Assembly: GCA_963735035.1 (NCBI GenBank)
Contig: CAVTJJ010000006.1
Location: forward strand, 96,001-160,000
Direction: 5' to 3'
Length of the DNA: 64,000 nucleotides
Origin: an uncultured candidate division Zixibacteria bacterium
Lineage (GTDB): Bacteria > Zixibacteria > MSB-5A5 > GN15 > FEB-12
The notes under the pieces are model-generated. The model was not told the origin of the DNA and made no database searches. It saw only the letters and a program-made list of their open reading frames with translations. The translations under genes were made by a program, and so were the position numbers. Shown here piece by piece: positions 48,539 to 58,460 of the stretch (its first letter is position 1; each line of letters begins with the position of its first letter).

Positions 48539-49707
48539 TGGAAGCCCGGACCATACAGATCAACATGGGGCCGCAGCATCCGGCCACACACGGCGTACTC
48601 CGAGTCGAGTTGGAAATCGAGGGCGAGACGGTTGTCAAGGCCCGTCCGGTAATCGGCTACTTGCACACCGGGATCGAAAAGACAATGGAATCGAAGCTCT
48701 ATTACAAAGCGATTCCGTGCACCGACCGGATGGATTACCTCTCGCCGATGATGAACAATCTCGGGTACTGTCTGGCGGTCGAAAAGCTGATGGACATCGA
48801 GGTGCCGGAGAAGGTCAAATGGGCTCGGGTGCTTCTGGCGGAACTGACCCGAATCAAGTCGCATCTGGTCTGGCTCGGCACACATGCCATCGATCTGGGC
48901 GCCATGACCATGATCCTGTACGCTTTCCGCGAGCGCGAGATGATTATCGACATCTACGAAGCGTGCGCCGGCCAGCGCATGATGAGCACCTACATCAGAA
49001 TCGGCGGGCTCGCCGATGAACTCCCGCCGGATTTCGACAAGCTGGTCAGGAAGTTTCTGAAAGTCATGCCGGAGCGGATGAAGGATTACGAGAAGTTGCT
49101 TACCCGCAACCCGATCTTCATCCAGCGCACCAAAGGTGTGGCCGTGATATCGGCGGCCGACGCCCTCAACTGGTCGCTGTCCGGTCCGATGTTGCGCGGC
49201 AGCGGAGTCAAGAAAGACATCCGTAAGGATGAACCATACAGCGGGTACGAGAAATTCGATTTTGAGGTGGCCCTGGGTAAGAACGGCGATGCTTACGATC
49301 GGTATCTGCTCCGCCTGGAAGAGATGCGCCAGTCGCTCAGAATAATTCAGCAGGCGCTCGACGGAATGCCCCAGGGACCTTACCGGGCGCACGTTCCGGG
49401 AGTGGTGTTGCCGCCCAAGGAAGACATCCTGCACAAGATGGAATCGCTGATATTCCATTATAAGATTATCACCGAGGGTTTCAAGGCGCCGCGTGGTTCC
49501 GTCTATCAGGCGATCGAATCACCCAAGGGCGAGCTCGGTTTCTATATTGCCTCGGACGGCACCAACCGGCCCAACCGGATTCGCGTGCGGCCGCCGTCGT
49601 TTGTGAACCTGGCCGCGCTTCCGGCGCTGGTCGAAGGAAGGTTGCTGGCGGACGTCATTTGCGCCATCGGCACAGTGGATATCGTACTGGGAGAAGTCGA
49701 CCGATGA
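48538..49707 (+). CDS. nuoD: NADH-quinone oxidoreductase subunit D
   Basis: NMGPQHPATHGVLR, GYLHTG.EK, ESPKGE, DIVLGEVDR. Confidence 0.96.
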   Translation: MEARTIQINMGPQHPATHGVLRVELEIEGETVVKARPVIGYLHTGIEKTMESKLYYKAIPCTDRMDYLSPMMNNLGYCLAVEKLMDIEVPEKVKWARVLLAELTRIKSHLVWLGTHAIDLGAMTMILYAFREREMIIDIYEACAGQRMMSTYIRIGGLADELPPDFDKLVRKFLKVMPERMKDYEKLLTRNPIFIQRTKGVAVISAADALNWSLSGPMLRGSGVKKDIRKDEPYSGYEKFDFEVALGKNGDAYDRYLLRLEEMRQSLRIIQQALDGMPQGPYRAHVPGVVLPPKEDILHKMESLIFHYKIITEGFKAPRGSVYQAIESPKGELGFYIASDGTNRPNRIRVRPPSFVNLAALPALVEGRLLADVICAIGTVDIVLGEVDR

Positions 49708-50198
49708 TGCTCACCGCTGAATCAGTGGCCCGCATCAAGGATGCGGCGTCGAAGTATCCCCAGGTGAAGTCGGCCGTTCTCCCGGCTCTGACGATTGCCT
49801 ATCGGCAGGTAGGTCATTTGAACGATGACATCTACGAGGAGATATCCCAGACGCTGGGCATACCGGCCGGGGAAATCGCCGAGGCGGCGTCGTTCTATAC
49901 CATGTTCCCCAAGCAACCGGTAGGGAAGTATCTCATTCAGGTCTGCCATAACATCTCCTGCTCGCTTCTGGGGGCGGAGAGTCTGATTTCTTATCTCGAA
50001 CAAAAGCTCGGTGTCCAGGTCGGCGAAACCACCCCCGACAATTTGTTCACGATCGTGCGGGTGGAATGTCTCGGCTCTTGTGCGACCGCGCCGATGATGC
50101 AGATCAATCATGATTACTACGAGAATCTGACTCGCAAGAAAGTCGACTCCGTTCTGGATCAACTTCGGTCGGATGCCCGCGCGGGAGGGAAACAATGA
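49704..50198 (+). CDS. nuoE: NADH-quinone oxidoreductase subunit E
   Basis: SFYTMF, VCHNISC, ECLGSC..AP. Confidence 0.94.
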   Translation: MMLTAESVARIKDAASKYPQVKSAVLPALTIAYRQVGHLNDDIYEEISQTLGIPAGEIAEAASFYTMFPKQPVGKYLIQVCHNISCSLLGAESLISYLEQKLGVQVGETTPDNLFTIVRVECLGSCATAPMMQINHDYYENLTRKKVDSVLDQLRSDARAGGKQ

Positions 50199-51541
50199 GT
50201 TTCTACTCTCCCGTCAGAACGAACGCGTCCGAGGTGGCAGCATCAGAGGTGCTGCACTTGTTCCGTTATGTCGAAGACCCCGATCAGCCTAAGATCGCCA
50301 CATACGAGTCTCATGGTGGTTACACAGCCTGGAAGAAAGTTCTCAGTTCGATTACCCCCGAGCAGGTCACGGCCGAAGTCAAGAGTTCAGGTCTGCGTGG
50401 ACGTGGCGGAGCCGGATTCCCGGCCGGTATGAAGTGGGGATTCATCCCCAAAGATTCTACCAAACCGCGCTATCTGGTATGCAACGCTGACGAATCCGAG
50501 CCCGGCACGTGCAAAGATCGAGTACTAATGGAGCGTGACCCCCACGCCGTAATCGAAGGCATGGCGATCGCTTCGTTTGCAATCGGCTGCCATACGATGT
50601 TTATCTACATCAGGGGCGAATTCGGTTTCTCGATTGATGTCATGCGAACGGCGGTTGAAGAAGCGTACAAGAAGGGTCATCTCGGGAAGAACATCCACGG
50701 CAGCGGCTACGATCTGGAAATGGTCGTTCATAGCGGCGGCGGGGCTTATATCTGCGGTGAAGAAACTGCGCTACTAAATTCCCTCGAAGGCAAGCGCGGC
50801 AACGCGCGCATCAAGCCGCCTTTCCCGGCCGTAGCCGGACTGTATGATAGTCCAACGATTATCAACAACGTGGAAACTCTGGCAACCGTCCCGCACGTGA
50901 TCAATCGCGGGGCGGCGTGGTATCGCACTCTTGGCACCGAGAAGTCGACCGGCACGAAGATATTCAGCTTGTCCGGCCATGTGAAACAGCCCGGCAACTA
51001 TGAACTGATCCTGGGTCATTCTCTCAAAGATTTGATTTACTCGCCCAAGTACGGTGGCGGAATTCTTGGTGATAAGAAGCTGAAGGGTGTCATTCCGGGG
51101 GGATCATCCACACCGTTCTTGAGACCGGACCAGATTGATATTCCGCTCGATTATGAATCGCTATCCACAGCCGGTTCGATGCTTGGTTCGGGCGCGGTGA
51201 TAGTTTTCCACGAGGATACCTGTATCGTCTGGATAATAGCCAACCTGATCCGGTTCTATCGCCACGAATCGTGCGGCAAGTGTACGCCGTGTCGCGATGG
51301 CACAGGCTGGCTCCAGCAGATTATCAATCGCATCGAGGCCGGTGGCGGTCGACCAGGCGATATACAGAAGATAGAATCAATTTGCGGAAATATCTTCGGG
51401 CGAACCGTTTGCCCGCTGGGTGACGCGGCGGTGATGCCGATTCAGTCGGCGGTCAAGCAATACCGCGACGAATGGCAGTATCATATCGACCATGGCAAGT
51501 GTATGGTTGAATCGAAGTTTACGATGGCGGAAGGTGTCTGA
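50195..51541 (+). CDS. nuoF: NADH-quinone oxidoreductase subunit F
   Basis: GLRGRGGAGFP, NADESEPGT.KDR, GAYICGEETAL, HESCGKCTPCR, CPLGD. Confidence 0.96.
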   Translation: MSFYSPVRTNASEVAASEVLHLFRYVEDPDQPKIATYESHGGYTAWKKVLSSITPEQVTAEVKSSGLRGRGGAGFPAGMKWGFIPKDSTKPRYLVCNADESEPGTCKDRVLMERDPHAVIEGMAIASFAIGCHTMFIYIRGEFGFSIDVMRTAVEEAYKKGHLGKNIHGSGYDLEMVVHSGGGAYICGEETALLNSLEGKRGNARIKPPFPAVAGLYDSPTIINNVETLATVPHVINRGAAWYRTLGTEKSTGTKIFSLSGHVKQPGNYELILGHSLKDLIYSPKYGGGILGDKKLKGVIPGGSSTPFLRPDQIDIPLDYESLSTAGSMLGSGAVIVFHEDTCIVWIIANLIRFYRHESCGKCTPCRDGTGWLQQIINRIEAGGGRPGDIQKIESICGNIFGRTVCPLGDAAVMPIQSAVKQYRDEWQYHIDHGKCMVESKFTMAEGV

Positions 51542-54108
51542 TGGCTGAAGCTGTGAAACAAGATCAAGCTCCGGCTGTCGCTCGTCCGACCGTCACATTC
51601 ACGATAGACGGCCGTCAGGTCACGGTCCCCAAGGGAACGACTATTCTGCTGGCCGCCAAACAGGTCGGAATTGACATTCCCACGTTCTGCTGGCACCCGA
51701 AGCTGAGCATTGAAGGCGCCTGCCGGATGTGTTATGTCGAGATCGAAAAGTGGCCCAAGCTGGCTATCTCGTGCGCTACCGAAGCTATGGACGGCATGGT
51801 CGTCTACAGTAATTCCGAGAAAGTGAAGGAAGGCCGGCGCGCCGTCATAGAGTTCACCCTGTTGAATCACCCGCTCGACTGTCCGACCTGCGACAAGGGT
51901 GGGGAGTGCACGCTTCAGGACCTGACGTTCGCGCACGGCTTTGATGACTCGCGCTTCGATTTTCGCAAGAACCGATTTGGGGTACAGGAATCACAGACGA
52001 CCTTTGACGATGTCAAGATCGGCCCCGAGATAATTCTCAATCGGAACCGCTGTATCAGGTGTTATCGTTGCGTCCGTGCGAACAAAGAAGCGTTTGGCGA
52101 ATACGATCTGGGAGCATTTGAGCGCGGCGATCACACCGAAATCAATGCCGCTCCCGGCCGTCAGGTTGACAATCCGTTTTCGGGTAATCTAGTTGAGATT
52201 TGTCCGGTCGGCGCCCTTACCAATACCGACTGGCGCTATAAGATAAGAGTCTGGCTGACCCAGACCGTTTCGTCAATTTGTCCGTTCCATAGCTCGGGCA
52301 CGAATACTCTGATCTACAATAACGGCACCCGGGGACGCATCTTTCGCGTGACTTCGCGGCCCAATGATGAAATCGACGATGGCTGGCTGACCGATCTTAC
52401 CCGCTACGGGTATCAGATGGTCACGTCCGATGATCGCCTGCGCACACCACTCATCAAGAAGGGTGGAAAGCAGGTCGAGGCCGACTGGAACGAAGCCCTA
52501 TCAGTGATCGGCGAACGACTGACCGAAATAATCGAGAAGAAGGGCCGGGTCTGTGTCGGTGGGTTGGTTTCGCCGTCTTTGGACAACGCCTCACTTTTCG
52601 GATTCTCAAAGCTGTTCCGTACCGTGCTCGGCTCGAACAATATCGATTCACGCACCGACTATCGCATGTTGCCGGTGTTGCCGGGCGGAGCTTATGATAT
52701 TCTCTGCAGCCAGCGCTTCAAGATCGCCGATATTGACTCGTCCGATGTCATCTTTACGCTGGGTAGTGATCTGATCAGGGAGCATCCGAACGAATACCTG
52801 CGCATGCGCCGGGCGTTCAACATTAAGGGTGCGACCATTTACGCGGCCAATCCGTACGGTACCAAATCTGCCGATATCGCGCGCACCGAGCTCGTGTACA
52901 AAGCCGGCACCGAAGAAATACTGCTCAACGGTATCTGTCTGGCGGCTATCGAAGACAAGCTGATTGACGCCGGGCGGATTGGCGACCTGCGCAAGAAGAT
53001 TTCTCCTACGACGGCGGCAGACGCCGCCCGGCTCGCAGGTGTCGAAGCTGGTCTGCTTCATGAAGTCGCGGCGGCGCTTGTGCGCGGCCGCAAGATCACC
53101 CTCTTTGCAGGTGAAATAGTCAGCCGTTCCCGCGACCGCGAAGCTATTGCCGCGGCGCTGTGTAACTTGATCCGACTTTTTGGTATCAACGATAAAGGCC
53201 AATTTGCAGTTCTGCCGCGCTATGCCAATTCCCGCGGCGCTCGCGACCTCGGCCTGGCCCCGAATCCTGCCGAGCCGGTGAAGAATTGTCTGAGAGAGCT
53301 CTGGGGTGACTGGCCCGAGGTTCAGCCGCTTACATCCGACCAAATGATGGTCGGTATGAAGAAGGAAGAAATCAACGGCTGCCTGGTGATTGGCGCCAAT
53401 CCGGTGATGTTGTATCCGGACCGCGAATTTGCCCACGACGCCCTGGAAGGTTTGGATTTCCTGGTCGTCGCTGATATGTACGAGACCGAGACCACGGCCC
53501 TGGCCGATGTGGTTCTGCCGCTGTCATCATGGGCTGAGTACGACGGCTACTATGTCAATTTGGAAGGTCGGACGCAGTTGGCCGGGCGCGCCATGCCCCC
53601 CAGATTCAAGTCGAAGCCGGGATACGAAATAGCTGACCTCATTGGCAAGCAGCTTGGTGTCGACTTGTTCGAATCACTCGAACAGCGGGATGATATGATA
53701 AGTAAAGTCCTGGCTGTGGATTCAGTCACGGCATTGCCCGGTACGTATCTCGAAGTCAAGACGACCCCAGACGAGGCCGGCAAAGAATATCCTATCGCCC
53801 TTTTTGTTGGCGATGATGCTCATCACAGCGGTCACTTGACCGAGAAGGCGATGTCGCTGGTCAATTTCTGCAGTGAAGCTTATGTCGAGATGTCGGCCGC
53901 TCTGGCGAAGCGCCTGAAGCTCGAAACCGGAGATTCGGCCAGGATTGAATCGGAGACGGGCAAACTGATTGTCCAGGTGAGGATAGTGCCGCACATGACT
54001 GGTGACGCCGTGTTCGTTCCGCGAAATTTCTCCGCGTCTCCGGTAAACTCGCTTATTATGCGCAAGCGGCGGGTCGACTGGGTTAAGATCAGCAAGGTTG
54101 TAGGTTAA
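51541..54108 (+). CDS. nuoG: NADH-quinone oxidoreductase subunit G
   Basis: IPTFC.H...GACRMC.VE...C, NHPLDCPTCDKGGEC.LQD, CIRCYRC, ICPVGAL; molybdopterin-oxidoreductase-like C-terminus. Confidence 0.93.
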   Translation: MAEAVKQDQAPAVARPTVTFTIDGRQVTVPKGTTILLAAKQVGIDIPTFCWHPKLSIEGACRMCYVEIEKWPKLAISCATEAMDGMVVYSNSEKVKEGRRAVIEFTLLNHPLDCPTCDKGGECTLQDLTFAHGFDDSRFDFRKNRFGVQESQTTFDDVKIGPEIILNRNRCIRCYRCVRANKEAFGEYDLGAFERGDHTEINAAPGRQVDNPFSGNLVEICPVGALTNTDWRYKIRVWLTQTVSSICPFHSSGTNTLIYNNGTRGRIFRVTSRPNDEIDDGWLTDLTRYGYQMVTSDDRLRTPLIKKGGKQVEADWNEALSVIGERLTEIIEKKGRVCVGGLVSPSLDNASLFGFSKLFRTVLGSNNIDSRTDYRMLPVLPGGAYDILCSQRFKIADIDSSDVIFTLGSDLIREHPNEYLRMRRAFNIKGATIYAANPYGTKSADIARTELVYKAGTEEILLNGICLAAIEDKLIDAGRIGDLRKKISPTTAADAARLAGVEAGLLHEVAAALVRGRKITLFAGEIVSRSRDREAIAAALCNLIRLFGINDKGQFAVLPRYANSRGARDLGLAPNPAEPVKNCLRELWGDWPEVQPLTSDQMMVGMKKEEINGCLVIGANPVMLYPDREFAHDALEGLDFLVVADMYETETTALADVVLPLSSWAEYDGYYVNLEGRTQLAGRAMPPRFKSKPGYEIADLIGKQLGVDLFESLEQRDDMISKVLAVDSVTALPGTYLEVKTTPDEAGKEYPIALFVGDDAHHSGHLTEKAMSLVNFCSEAYVEMSAALAKRLKLETGDSARIESETGKLIVQVRIVPHMTGDAVFVPRNFSASPVNSLIMRKRRVDWVKISKVVG

Positions 54109-54112
54109 CGCG

Positions 54113-55096
54113 ATGCTGGAATTCGTTCTCATAGCGTCGATCAAGGTCATCGCGGTGATTCTTGTCTTGCTGACCGGGTGCGCCTACTCGACCTACATGG
54201 AGCGCAAAGTGGTGGCATTCATGCAGCACCGTATCGGTCCGCTCTATGCCGGACCGTACGGATTACTTCAGCCGGTAGCAGATGCTATTAAACTGATCTT
54301 CAAGGAAGACCTTGTCCCAGATAAGGCGGAGCGATTCGCATATACGATTGCCCCGATGATATCGTTTATGCCGGCGGTGCTGGTTTTCGCCGTAGTGCCG
54401 TTCTCGAGTGATTTCTCGCTCTTTGGCCGACATATTTCGGGCGTTATCTCGGACCTAAATATCGGCGTGCTCTGGGTGTTTACGATTGGATCGCTCGGCG
54501 TATATGGCACGATTTTGGCGGGCTGGTCGAGCGGATCGAAATATTCACTAATGGGCGGGCTGCGCGCCTCGGCGCAGACGATATCGTATGAACTGGCCTA
54601 TGGGCTTTCTATCGTTGGCGTAATCATATTAGCCAACACCCTGTCGATGACCGAGCTGGTGGCCAAGCAGGCGACGATTGCTGATTGGTATATCTGGAAA
54701 CAACCGCTCGGTTTCGTGCTGTATTTCATCTGCGCCATCGCCGAGACCAATCGGTCGCCGTTCGATCTGCCCGAAGCGGAATCGGAACTGGTGGCCGGTT
54801 ATATGACCGAGTATTCATCGATGCGGTTCGCGACGTTCTTCATAGGCGAATACGCTCATATGATCGCGGTTGGCGCGGTCGGGTCGACTCTGTTCTTCGG
54901 GGGCTGGCAGGGGCCGTGGTTGCCGCCGATTCTCTGGATGGTCATCAAGGTGTTCCTGTTCATCTTCGTCTATATCTGGATTCGCTCGACCCTGCCGAGG
55001 TTCCGGTATGACCAATTGATGAATTTCGGCTGGAAAGTGCTGTTCCCACTGGCCGTGTTGAATACACTTATTACCGGTTTGATTGTGGTATGGTAG
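54113..55096 (+). CDS. nuoH: NADH-quinone oxidoreductase subunit H
   Basis: ERKV...Q.R.GP, GLLQP.AD.IKL..KE, AETNR.PFDLPEAESELVAG, PRFRYDQLM. Confidence 0.96.
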   Translation: MLEFVLIASIKVIAVILVLLTGCAYSTYMERKVVAFMQHRIGPLYAGPYGLLQPVADAIKLIFKEDLVPDKAERFAYTIAPMISFMPAVLVFAVVPFSSDFSLFGRHISGVISDLNIGVLWVFTIGSLGVYGTILAGWSSGSKYSLMGGLRASAQTISYELAYGLSIVGVIILANTLSMTELVAKQATIADWYIWKQPLGFVLYFICAIAETNRSPFDLPEAESELVAGYMTEYSSMRFATFFIGEYAHMIAVGAVGSTLFFGGWQGPWLPPILWMVIKVFLFIFVYIWIRSTLPRFRYDQLMNFGWKVLFPLAVLNTLITGLIVVW

Positions 55097-55125
55097 GGCA
55101 TTAGCAGCGGCTATCGACAAATTGT

Positions 55126-55632
55126 ATGAAAGAACTCTTTAGAACATTAGTCGACACGTTCGTAAAGATGCCGCAAGGTTTTGCGGTGACGTTTCGGCAT
55201 ATGTTCAAACGGCCGGTCACTCTGGATTACCCGCGCAAGCGGGAACCGATGTCGCCCCGATACCGTGGGCTGCACTATCTGGAGCGTTATGAGGACGGCT
55301 CGGAGCGCTGTGTCTGCTGTGGGCTGTGTGCGGCGGCCTGTCCGGCCGATGCCATCTACATGGAACCGGCTGAGAACGAAAAAGGGGAGCGGTACGCCAA
55401 GATTTACGAAATCAACATGATCCGCTGTATTTTCTGCGGTTTTTGTGAAGAGGCCTGTCCCGAGGAAGCTATATTCCTCGGACGCGAATATGAGTTTGCC
55501 ACCGACAACCGGGACGGTTTCATTTACTCGAAAGAACAATTGCTGGTGCCGTATCCGAGAAAAGAGAATCCGTTCAAGAAGTTGATCAGACGGGTGCGGA
55601 AAGTTTACGGAGTTCCGGAAAGCCACCGATGA
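55126..55632 (+). CDS. nuoI: NADH-quinone oxidoreductase subunit I
   Basis: RCVCCGLCAAACP, RCIFCGFCEEACP. Confidence 0.95.
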   Translation: MKELFRTLVDTFVKMPQGFAVTFRHMFKRPVTLDYPRKREPMSPRYRGLHYLERYEDGSERCVCCGLCAAACPADAIYMEPAENEKGERYAKIYEINMIRCIFCGFCEEACPEEAIFLGREYEFATDNRDGFIYSKEQLLVPYPRKENPFKKLIRRVRKVYGVPESHR

Positions 55633-56201
55633 ATCTCGACTTGATCATGTTTACAGTGTCCGCCGTCGTGGCGGTTTTTGGCGCGACCATGATGATTGCC
55701 CAGCGCAGTCCGGTGGCGTCGGTACTGTACATGATTCTGTCTCTGGTTGCGCAGGCGGTGTGCTACGTGCAGCTCGGGGCACTCTTCCTGGGGGCGATCC
55801 TGGTCGTGGTCTACGCGGGCGCTATCATGGTGCTGTTCCTGTTCGTTATCATGCTGTTGAATCTCCGGGGCAGTGAAGACCTGGGCGCCGCACCGCCGCC
55901 TTTGAGCCAGTTGACCAAGTATATCTTTGCGGTGCTGCTCACGTTGGAGCTGGTCTTCATAGTCAAGGCAGCACTTCTGGCGCAGACAACGACAGGAATC
56001 CTCGAAACGCCGGCCGATGGTTTCGGCTCGGTACAGTCTGTCGCAAAAAGCCTGTTCACCGACTATCTGTATCCGTTCGAACTGACCGGTGTTCTCCTGC
56101 TGGCCGCCGTAGTCGGAGCCGTGGTTATTGGCAAGAAACGCCGACTTCTCGATGCGGGTGATGGACAGGCAGACACTACCGCCGGGGAGACAAAGGAGTA
56201 G
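55629..56201 (+). CDS. nuoJ: NADH-quinone oxidoreductase subunit J
   Basis: VYAGAIMVLFLFVIMLLN, YPFEL. Confidence 0.94.
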   Translation: MNLDLIMFTVSAVVAVFGATMMIAQRSPVASVLYMILSLVAQAVCYVQLGALFLGAILVVVYAGAIMVLFLFVIMLLNLRGSEDLGAAPPPLSQLTKYIFAVLLTLELVFIVKAALLAQTTTGILETPADGFGSVQSVAKSLFTDYLYPFELTGVLLLAAVVGAVVIGKKRRLLDAGDGQADTTAGETKE

Positions 56202-56202
56202 C

Positions 56203-56505
56203 ATGGTACCAATATCGGCATTCCTGGTTCTGGCAGCGGTGTTGTTCGGTATTGGAGCGATCGGCGTGCTCATCACACGCAATATGATCGTGCTCTTTAT
56301 GTCTGTCGAGATGATGCTCAACGCCGCCAACCTGGCGCTGATGGCCTTCTCGCGGGCGCTTAATATTGTCGACGGTCACGTAATCGTATTTCTGGTGCTG
56401 ACGATAGCCGCCGCGGAAGCCGCGGTTGGCTTGGCTCTGATAGTAATGGTTTACCGTAATCGCGAAACGATCAACATCGACCGCTTTAGTCTGATGAAAT
56501 GGTAG
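56203..56505 (+). CDS. nuoK: NADH-quinone oxidoreductase subunit K
   Basis: RN...MSVEMMLNA.N, AAAEAAVGLA; RBS AAGGAG. Confidence 0.95.
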   Translation: MVPISAFLVLAAVLFGIGAIGVLITRNMIVLFMSVEMMLNAANLALMAFSRALNIVDGHVIVFLVLTIAAAEAAVGLALIVMVYRNRETINIDRFSLMKW

Positions 56506-56516
56506 GACGTTCGTAG

Positions 56517-58457
56517 ATGGCTGACCTGCTTTTCCTGATTCCACTATTACCGCTGGCCGGGTTTCTAATAAACGGCCTGTTGCTGGGCCGTCTGCCCAAG
56601 CCGGTGATCAGCCTGGTGGCGTGTGGATCAGTAGGGCTGTCGTTCCTCTTGTCCCTGGCGGCCTTCTACAATCTGGCGTCGATGCCGTCGGACGCCCGCC
56701 AGATGACGCAGACCTTGTTCACCTGGATATCCTCGGATCTTCTGCACGTGAATTTCGGTTTCCTGCTCGACCCGCTGTCGGCGGTAATGATTCTTGTGGT
56801 CACCGGAGTAGGCTTCCTCATTCACGTTTATTCCATCGGTTACATGAGCCACGACCACGGTTACGGGCGATTTTTCGCCTACCTGAATCTGTTCATGTTC
56901 TCGATGCTCGTGCTGGTTCTGGCCGACAATTTCCTCTTGCTCTTCGTCGGTTGGGAAGGGGTGGGCCTATGCTCGTACTTGCTGATTGGGTTTTGGTACG
57001 AAAAACAGTCTGCGACTGACGCCGGTAAGAAGGCGTTCATCGTCAACCGGATCGGCGATTTTGGCTTCCTGCTCGGCATGTTTATCATCTTCTGGAATGT
57101 TGGATCGCTCGATTTCATAACGGTCTCGAAGATGGCTCCGGAAGTGTTTGTGGCGGGCGGTGGTCTGATTACCGCGACCGGTCTACTGCTGTTCCTCGGA
57201 GCGTGTGGTAAATCGGCGCAGCTTCCGCTGTATGTCTGGCTGCCGGATGCGATGGAAGGCCCCACGCCGGTCTCGGCCTTGATTCATGCGGCCACGATGG
57301 TGACGGCCGGTGTCTACATGCTGGCGCGCACCAACGTGCTGTTCCTGATGGCGCCTGATGCCCTGATGGTGGTAGCTGTCGTTGGTGCTGCGACGGCCCT
57401 ATTTGCGGCGAGCATCGGTCTGGCGCAAAACGATATCAAGAGAGTGTTGGCGTACTCGACCGTCAGTCAGCTCGGCTATATGTTTCTCGCCTGCGGTGTG
57501 GCGTCGTTTACGGCCGGTATCTTCCACCTGATGACCCACGCCTTCTTCAAGGCGCTTCTGTTTCTTGGGGCCGGATCGGTCATTCACGCCATGTCCGGAG
57601 AGCAGGACATGCGCAACATGGGCGGTCTTAAGAGCCATGTGCCGATTACGTTCCGGACGATGTACATAGCGACTCTCGCCATTGCGGGAATTCCGTTCTT
57701 TGCCGGGTTCTTCTCGAAGGACGAAATTCTCTGGAAGGCGTATTCTTCGCCCATGCACGGCGGCTGGTTGTTCTGGTTGGTCGGTGTGGCCGGTGCGGCG
57801 CTGACCGCATTCTATATGTTCCGTCTGATCTATCTGACTTTCTATGGCTCCGAGCGGATGAGTTCCGAGGTCAAGCACCACTTGCACGAGTCGCCCAAGA
57901 CGATGACCATACCGCTGGTGGTGTTGGCGGCGCTTTCGGTTGTCGGCGGATTCGTGGGTATCCCTGGTACGTGGGGACTGCCCAACCTCTTTGAAGAATG
58001 GCTGGCGCCGGTGATGCACGGCCACGCTCAGGCCGCGGCCGAACACGCATTGGCGTCAACAGGAGAATCTGCTTCGGAAGAACTGACTCTCATGTTGCTG
58101 TCAATCGCGGTCGTGCTAACTTCGATTTATATGGCTCGGTATTTCTATAAGAAGAACCTCACGGCGGCTACCAGCCTGGCTTCAAAGTTGAGTGGTGTTC
58201 GTACTGTTCTGGCCAATAAGTACTATGTGGACGAGATCTATGGCGCCGTGATCATTCGGCCGCTGGTCTATTTCTCGGTCTTCTTGTGGAAGATAGTTGA
58301 CGTCATTATCATAGATGGCACTTTGAACGGTCTGGCGGTGGTCTGGGGCGAAGTGTCCAACACTCTACGCTTCAGTCAGTCCGGACAGTTGCGCAGTTAT
58401 GCTACGATATTCTCGGTGGGCGTAGTGATACTGATCGCCTATTTCATGTTTGGATAA
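56517..58457 (+). CDS. nuoL: NADH-quinone oxidoreductase subunit L
   Basis: GWEGVGLCSYLLIGFW, GKSAQLPL.VWLPDAMEGPTPVSALIHAATMV, THAFFKALLF. Confidence 0.96.
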   Translation: MADLLFLIPLLPLAGFLINGLLLGRLPKPVISLVACGSVGLSFLLSLAAFYNLASMPSDARQMTQTLFTWISSDLLHVNFGFLLDPLSAVMILVVTGVGFLIHVYSIGYMSHDHGYGRFFAYLNLFMFSMLVLVLADNFLLLFVGWEGVGLCSYLLIGFWYEKQSATDAGKKAFIVNRIGDFGFLLGMFIIFWNVGSLDFITVSKMAPEVFVAGGGLITATGLLLFLGACGKSAQLPLYVWLPDAMEGPTPVSALIHAATMVTAGVYMLARTNVLFLMAPDALMVVAVVGAATALFAASIGLAQNDIKRVLAYSTVSQLGYMFLACGVASFTAGIFHLMTHAFFKALLFLGAGSVIHAMSGEQDMRNMGGLKSHVPITFRTMYIATLAIAGIPFFAGFFSKDEILWKAYSSPMHGGWLFWLVGVAGAALTAFYMFRLIYLTFYGSERMSSEVKHHLHESPKTMTIPLVVLAALSVVGGFVGIPGTWGLPNLFEEWLAPVMHGHAQAAAEHALASTGESASEELTLMLLSIAVVLTSIYMARYFYKKNLTAATSLASKLSGVRTVLANKYYVDEIYGAVIIRPLVYFSVFLWKIVDVIIIDGTLNGLAVVWGEVSNTLRFSQSGQLRSYATIFSVGVVILIAYFMFG

Positions 58458-58460
58458 GCG

